Below, in pieces: positions 59,307 to 64,000 of a stretch of 64,000 nt of DNA (its first letter is position 1; each line of letters starts with the position of its first letter). Source of the stretch: a virus (Duplodnaviria; Heunggongvirae; Uroviricota; Caudoviricetes); IMG/VR virus record IMGVR_UViG_3300021363_000001, positions 13,622 through 77,621 of that record; one strand, given 5' to 3'. The notes under the pieces are model-generated. The model had not been told where the DNA came from, made no database searches, and worked only from the letters and a program-made list of their open reading frames with translations. Made by a program: the position numbers and the translations under genes.

Positions 59307-59534
59307 TTATAACAGGACTACCATCTGCTTATAAGGATGAATTGAAATGGGATCAGAGGTATAGCGGACAATCACATTTCCGTCCGCGCGGTATACCTTA
59401 TAGAAAATATGCCCGTTGCCTATTTGCAAACTCTGTACGTCTTTATCATTGATGGTAAATGGCTCAGGGGAAGGGAAACAGATAAATTTTCCCTTTACAA
59501 CGGCTGACAGCAATTTGTGGATTTTTTTATTCAT
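59307..59534 (-). CDS. hypothetical early protein
   Basis: ORF 75 aa. Confidence 0.3.
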   Translation of the reverse strand: MNKKIHKLLSAVVKGKFICFPSPEPFTINDKDVQSLQIGNGHIFYKVYRADGNVIVRYTSDPISIHPYKQMVVLL

Positions 59535-59583
59535 AGTTAATTATGGTTTATTAATAAGTATCAAGTAAATTAAGTAAAAAAAA

Positions 59584-59799
59584 TTAGGTCTTCTTCTGTG
59601 GTAATGCCGGGAATTCAGAGATGTCTATAAACATGACATTCTCAATCTTGACAACCCTGAGTCTTTCGGCAATAATTAATTGGTGAATGTAAGACGGCGT
59701 AACGCCATTGTTCCTGGCAAAGGAGGATATACTTCGCAGGTCATCTAAGTTGAAACTTTTGCGCGTATTCCTTCTGCGGGTCTTTGTTTGGTCTTGCAT
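59584..59799 (-). CDS. small DNA-binding-like protein
   Basis: 71 aa, basic N-terminus and HTH-like segment. Confidence 0.3.
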   Translation of the reverse strand: MQDQTKTRRRNTRKSFNLDDLRSISSFARNNGVTPSYIHQLIIAERLRVVKIENVMFIDISEFPALPQKKT

Positions 59800-59900
59800 A
59801 TAAACGGGTTTGTGTGCAAATATAAATTAAATTATAAACCAACCAAATAGGATTGTACTATTTTGTATCGGGTGGGTAACCCTGGACTGCCTACCCTGGA

Positions 59901-60086
59901 TTAGTTCAGCTTATGTTTTGAGATGTAAAATTTTTCCTCTAAATATTGCAGCATGTACTTTGCGTAATCGGTCATGTAGTCATTCCCCTCAAAGGTGAAT
60001 GACTTGTCCCCGTTACGCGCAGCCTTGTCGTATTCCTTACGCAGGCGCTTCACTTTGGCAGCATCGAATTCAATGTGTTCGGTCAT
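59901..60086 (-). CDS. hypothetical small protein
   Basis: ORF 61 aa. Confidence 0.3.
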   Translation of the reverse strand: MTEHIEFDAAKVKRLRKEYDKAARNGDKSFTFEGNDYMTDYAKYMLQYLEEKFYISKHKLN

Positions 60087-60089
60087 GAT

Positions 60090-60305
60090 TTAAACTCCGC
60101 TTTGAATGCAAGCCATTATTGCGCCCATCACCAGTTCCGGCTCATCTGCCCATTCCTGTTGATCGTAATACAATAATTCATTACCGTTTTCATCTTCGAA
60201 TCTCACGTAGTCTACTCCCTTTGGATTCTGTTTTACGGAAGGGAAAATTAAAAATTGCTTGCCTCCTGCAATGGGGATTTTAATTTCATCATTGGTCTTT
60301 GCCAT
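60090..60305 (-). CDS. hypothetical small protein
   Basis: ORF 71 aa. Confidence 0.3.
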   Translation of the reverse strand: MAKTNDEIKIPIAGGKQFLIFPSVKQNPKGVDYVRFEDENGNELLYYDQQEWADEPELVMGAIMACIQSGV

Positions 60306-60367
60306 AACATTTTTATTTAATTGGTTAATACCCCATTGCGGGGTTTCGTCTACCGAAGACTCATCAG

Positions 60368-60838
60368 TTAACCTTCAATGTAAATGATTCGCAGGTATGC
60401 CGCATCTGCGCTTGCACACAATTCATGCAGCCAGTTCAATTCTTCTATTAATTCTTTTGGGCCGTCTTCAGCGTCCACTAGCAGTTCATCTACAGAATAC
60501 AGGTGTTCGGTTAATACCGTATCTCTGTAAGTTGTCTCCATTGTAGACTCAATGTGCTTGATTGTGTTTTCCGAAATACGCCTGTGATACACGTCACAAA
60601 TTTTAATCACATCATTGGGCGTCATCTTTGAATCAACTTTTGAATTTAGAAATGCCTCCATCAACTCATACTCATTCTTTGTTGAATCGCCTGGGATTGC
60701 GTTAAACTCATCGAACAATGCAACGCGCTTTTCAAATAAGTTGTCATACTCCGTTTTTGGGGTGTAGCACACATCAGCCAGTTTGTTGAATAGGAAAAAT
60801 CTGTAGTTGAATCTTTCCAGTGATAAATTTTCTTTCAT
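60368..60838 (-). CDS. hypothetical early protein
   Basis: ORF 156 aa preceded by conserved intergenic module. Confidence 0.4.
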   Translation of the reverse strand: MKENLSLERFNYRFFLFNKLADVCYTPKTEYDNLFEKRVALFDEFNAIPGDSTKNEYELMEAFLNSKVDSKMTPNDVIKICDVYHRRISENTIKHIESTMETTYRDTVLTEHLYSVDELLVDAEDGPKELIEELNWLHELCASADAAYLRIIYIEG

Positions 60839-60886
60839 AAGATATTATTATTAGTAGTTTACTGGCATCTCTGCCAGTCATCACAT

Positions 60887-61123
60887 TTACGGTAAATCAT
60901 AGCCGACCCGATACGTATTTTGTCGCGGGGAATCTGTTTCCATTACTTCTGCCTCACCTAACTCATCGGCATCAACAAGAGAATCTAAATTTTCATATTC
61001 TTCGTCTGTAAATTGGTCTTTAGTTGTGATTGTTACATATCTCCCGTTATTGTTCACTGTGCAGTGAGGGAAGGCTGCCCTTGCCAGTCGCGCAAGGATT
61101 GCGCATGCTTCATTTTGAGTCAT
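60887..61123 (-). CDS. hypothetical small protein
   Basis: ORF 78 aa. Confidence 0.3.
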   Translation of the reverse strand: MTQNEACAILARLARAAFPHCTVNNNGRYVTITTKDQFTDEEYENLDSLVDADELGEAEVMETDSPRQNTYRVGYDLP

Positions 61124-61361
61124 TGGAATTTGGGTTTTGATTGTTTAATAAATTGTATTCGTCTTCTGTGATAATTGCGAACGCCTCAGGAATAACTGCA
61201 TCTGATAGTAAACGTAATGCCTCATCAAGGTCGGGCTTTGTATTAAATACGTATGCGTGAAGCGTCATGTCATCGGGCTGGCCAATGTCTACCCCGGCAA
61301 TACCGTCACGCTCGTATACGCTGACCGCATTGAAGCCGGACATGATAAATAATTTGTGCAT
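61110..61361 (-). CDS. hypothetical small protein
   Basis: ORF 83 aa preceded by conserved module. Confidence 0.35.
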   Translation of the reverse strand: MHKLFIMSGFNAVSVYERDGIAGVDIGQPDDMTLHAYVFNTKPDLDEALRLLSDAVIPEAFAIITEDEYNLLNNQNPNSNDSK

Positions 61362-61458
61362 TGCTATTAGTATTTAGTTTGTTTAGCCAGGAGTATTTAC
61401 CTCCTGGGACTCACAATTTATAATAAGCGGACTTGTGACCGCTAAACACTAACAGTAT

Positions 61459-61674
61459 TTATTCTTTCAATGATTTTAAAACAAGTCGTCCCGCATTGGT
61501 TTTGTTAGGCTGTCCATTTGTTGTCCAGCTGGGCCATTTAACCATTGGGCCAACTATCCGGATGCGATAATGATTCTCGTCTTTGTCCCAACTATATTTA
61601 ACCACGTAATATTGGGCGTTTCCTTTCTTACTTTTAATGAAATGGAATTCCATTGATGCATGTATGAATTTCAT
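61459..61674 (-). CDS. hypothetical small protein
   Basis: ORF 71 aa. Confidence 0.3.
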   Translation of the reverse strand: MKFIHASMEFHFIKSKKGNAQYYVVKYSWDKDENHYRIRIVGPMVKWPSWTTNGQPNKTNAGRLVLKSLKE

Positions 61675-61693
61675 AGCAAGTTTTATTAGTAAT

Positions 61694-61888
61694 TTAATTT
61701 AGTTCAACTTCGGGGTGTTGAATAGGGTTAGTAATTAAATTCACATAGCTATCAGCCAGTTCAGCCATTGTTATTAACTGGCTGGTTGCGGTCTTGCGCG
61801 CCGTAGCGTTTGTGCTGGTGATTAACATGAGGCATACTTGTAATGCCTGTACCCAACTCATGGTTAGGTCAATCGTTGTTTCTTTCAT
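61694..61888 (-). CDS. hypothetical small protein
   Basis: ORF 64 aa preceded by conserved module. Confidence 0.3.
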   Translation of the reverse strand: MKETTIDLTMSWVQALQVCLMLITSTNATARKTATSQLITMAELADSYVNLITNPIQHPEVELN

Positions 61889-61943
61889 AGTAAATATTTA
61901 TTAGTGTTTTATTGTTGCGGGAAAAACGCTCCCGCAACAATCA

Positions 61944-62300
61944 TCAAACTGCATAGCGTAACTGTTCCACCTCTGAGGAATCAAACCCTTCGGGGTGTTT
62001 AGCAATGAAGGGAATGAGATAACCGTACACTTCATGCTTTCTAAATGAAATGGCAAACCCATAACCCTGCGCTACCTTTAGAAAGTACTTTTTCAATGCT
62101 TTCAATTCTGCCTTAGCTTCACTACTGAGTAGGTTAGGGTTAACTTGGTGGTACTCTGGCTGAGATGCGTATTCAATCTCCTGAAAGTATTTTAGTAAAT
62201 TGATAATTTCAAATTCACCAGTTTTGCCGTACTGGTGTAATGCTGAATCTTCGTGCCTGTGCCAACTGGCGCAGACTTGTTTTGCTTGTTGCTTATTCAT
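61944..62300 (-). CDS. hypothetical early protein
   Basis: ORF 118 aa. Confidence 0.35.
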   Translation of the reverse strand: MNKQQAKQVCASWHRHEDSALHQYGKTGEFEIINLLKYFQEIEYASQPEYHQVNPNLLSSEAKAELKALKKYFLKVAQGYGFAISFRKHEVYGYLIPFIAKHPEGFDSSEVEQLRYAV

Positions 62301-62542
62301 TTCTCAACCCTTTCCAATTCATTAGTAACAGGATTGAAATAACGTTCAGTTAATCCAACTTTGCGCCCGTTGTGGTCTGTCATTGGTTGGGAAATGTAAA
62401 TGCGTCCGTCTTTCTGTTTCTTCATGCTGAATTTTCCCATAGTTTGGTGAAAGAATTTCAGCGTTTTGCGAGTAAAGAAATGCGGTGAAGTTGATTCTGT
62501 TAATCTCGCAATGTCATAGATTGTTAATCGTTCTTTTTTCAT
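62297..62542 (-). CDS. hypothetical small protein
   Basis: ORF 81 aa preceded by conserved module. Confidence 0.35.
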   Translation of the reverse strand: MKKERLTIYDIARLTESTSPHFFTRKTLKFFHQTMGKFSMKKQKDGRIYISQPMTDHNGRKVGLTERYFNPVTNELERVEK

Positions 62543-62603
62543 AGGAAATAATTTGTTAGTAGTTTACAACAGACTTGCGCCTGTTGTCATCACATTTTTT
62601 TGC

Positions 62604-63008
62604 TTACTGGCATTCCTCCCATATCTTTTCAATGGTTTCCTGTGGAATGTTTAACTTCTCAAACCTTGCAGCCTGTTTAATACATTCTTTATGTATTTTT
62701 TCGGCTGTCCGGCTGTCTGAATCGTAACCCAATTCGCTGCAAAAACTTTCAAATGACTCTTTACCCATTCTTGCATCCGACTCAAAGCAATACAAGGCAA
62801 ATTTTAGGTTATCATCATCCAATTCAGTTTTTCCTTGCTGCCAGTCGTTATGGCTGCCATGATATTTGAATGATGTTTTCTTTCCTTCGTGTTGTACTGT
62901 CACCCTGAATACGTTGCAGTACATTGTTTGACCTTTACCTGATTGATTTTTTTGTTCTGCGCCATCTTCAATGAGTTTGGCAGTAACTGTAATGTTGTAG
63001 AATTTCAT
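62604..63008 (-). CDS. hypothetical early protein
   Basis: ORF 134 aa preceded by conserved module. Confidence 0.4.
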   Translation of the reverse strand: MKFYNITVTAKLIEDGAEQKNQSGKGQTMYCNVFRVTVQHEGKKTSFKYHGSHNDWQQGKTELDDDNLKFALYCFESDARMGKESFESFCSELGYDSDSRTAEKIHKECIKQAARFEKLNIPQETIEKIWEECQ

Positions 63009-63422
63009 AGGATTTAATTTATTAGTGTTTTACATACCTGCATAAAGCAGGCATGTCATCAAGCTATTATCAGGACTTTGAACCTATAACAATTTTACCT
63101 TTGAAAACCTCAGTGCTATTTGCATCCTTTCGGTATCGGCTTGGGTTCTTCACGAATCGACAAGTATTTATTTATGCACTTGTCCGCTTCTCCAATGGGT
63201 TCCGACTCCCACCTGATACTCATTTATGAATCAGGCTGCAAGTATACGGTCATTACTACATACTTGTCAAGTTTATAGTAGATATATAATTGCTTTATAT
63301 TCAGTGAATTGTAGGCACATCTTTTCTGAAAGCCTTATGTATTAAGGGTTTCCAGCCTAATGAAAGTATTTGTTAGTTAGTTGATTGTCAGGGACAAAAC
63401 TATATATTGTACCTAAAATATG

Positions 63423-63896
63423 CTAAACCGCTCGCGCAACGATAATATTCTTACCTGTACCTGATACCTTGCGCATACCAACAGGCTTACGCCAATTTAC
63501 TTTAGCCTTCCATCCCTCAGCCCTGAGTTTGCGGCCTAGTAGTAACATATCAACAAAGTCTATCTTCCAGTAATTGGAAAGGTAATGCATAACGTGATAC
63601 TGAATAGTTGTGCGTTTGCCTACTGAATAGTCTATGAGCATGTATAGCGATACATAGCAGCCCATTCCGCGAAGGTCTTCTACTTGATCCCTGTAATACC
63701 TCTGTGATTCGTTCAACATGAAGTAATTGGCTAGCATGACGTCTTTAATATCCCTTTGAGCAGTATCTATGCTTTTATCGTGGTGAATCAGGCGCAAACC
63801 GGCCGCAAGTTGCGCAGCCTTCCAGTTGGCGATATTTTGGCGCGGGGAAATGTATGGTTTAGCAGTGGGTTGCGTCTTGTTAACTTCATTATTCAT
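63423..63896 (-). CDS. hypothetical early protein (first gene of minus-strand early operon)
   Basis: ORF 157 aa; promoter-like TTGACAA repeats upstream. Confidence 0.4.
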   Translation of the reverse strand: MNNEVNKTQPTAKPYISPRQNIANWKAAQLAAGLRLIHHDKSIDTAQRDIKDVMLANYFMLNESQRYYRDQVEDLRGMGCYVSLYMLIDYSVGKRTTIQYHVMHYLSNYWKIDFVDMLLLGRKLRAEGWKAKVNWRKPVGMRKVSGTGKNIIVARAV

Positions 63897-64000
63897 CTAA
63901 ATAAACAAAAAAAATGGGTTTTTGACTTCATTAGGGGCAACGTGTTGACAAATAGTTGACAAGTGAATGTACTTTATATTGTAAACCTATTGTAAATCAA

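Noticed and set aside
1-64000. Possibility that 1-4700 (tRNAs plus purA) is host chromosome flanking an integrated prophage
   Set aside because: - The tRNA set is compact, mixed-strand and has odd T-loops.
- purA is truncated-size and abutted by a GIY-YIG homing endonuclease.
- The int/attP-like tRNA fragment lies internally at about 43.9 kb rather than at a prophage end.

All of this fits a phage (or excised, circularly permuted) genome rather than a host-prophage junction.
1-64000. CRISPR array, reverse transcriptase/DGR, toxin-antitoxin pairs
   Set aside because: - No direct-repeat/spacer array was found.
- No reverse transcriptase motifs (YxDD) were found near the fiber genes.
- No recognisable toxin-antitoxin pair was found.

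The repeats seen are coding G-X-Y repeats and promoter/terminator modules.

Overview
This 64 kb window appears to be nearly entirely a temperate bacteriophage genome segment, with the following layout. The host is probably a Bacteroidetes-type bacterium: there are no Shine-Dalgarno sequences ahead of genes, leaders are A/T-rich, and GC is about 42%.

- **1-1960:** a dense island of about 17 phage tRNA genes on both strands, interspersed with small ORFs. Several tRNAs have non-canonical T-loops.
- **2071-5088 (minus):** an adenylosuccinate-synthetase-family gene (PurA/PurZ-like), a free-standing GIY-YIG homing endonuclease, and a vWA-domain protein.
- **5204-21780 (plus):** a virion structural block including 1523-aa and 1749-aa giant proteins. 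A sulfotransferase-like gene and an HNH homing endonuclease are embedded in it.
- **21770-29114 (minus):** the packaging genes, a putative portal and the large terminase.
- **29161-39565 (plus):** the tail-fiber module, with two collagen-like (Gly-X-Gln)n fibers. A glycosyltransferase-methyltransferase fusion gene sits between them and Cys-rich accessory genes flank them.
- **40036-41911:** a putative lysis cassette.
- **42179-44000:** the attP region, with a polypyrimidine tract, tandem terminators, a tyrosine integrase and a 3' tRNA fragment.
- **44053 onward:** a cI-like repressor and divergent operator region, then an early block.
  - The early block encodes excisionase-like, HNH, PD-(D/E)XK nuclease, RusA-like and DnaC-like proteins, plus an SPFH/flotillin-like membrane protein that looks like a moron.
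- **57338-63896:** a minus-strand operon of small early genes, each preceded by a conserved hairpin-plus-motif intergenic module.

No CRISPR array, reverse transcriptase or obvious toxin system was seen.

The most interesting items are the possible PurZ (hinting at a 2-aminoadenine Z-genome pathway) and the virion glycan-modifying enzymes next to the collagen-like fibers. The conserved intergenic modules and the flotillin-like moron also stand out.

All tRNA coordinates are hand-folded approximations.
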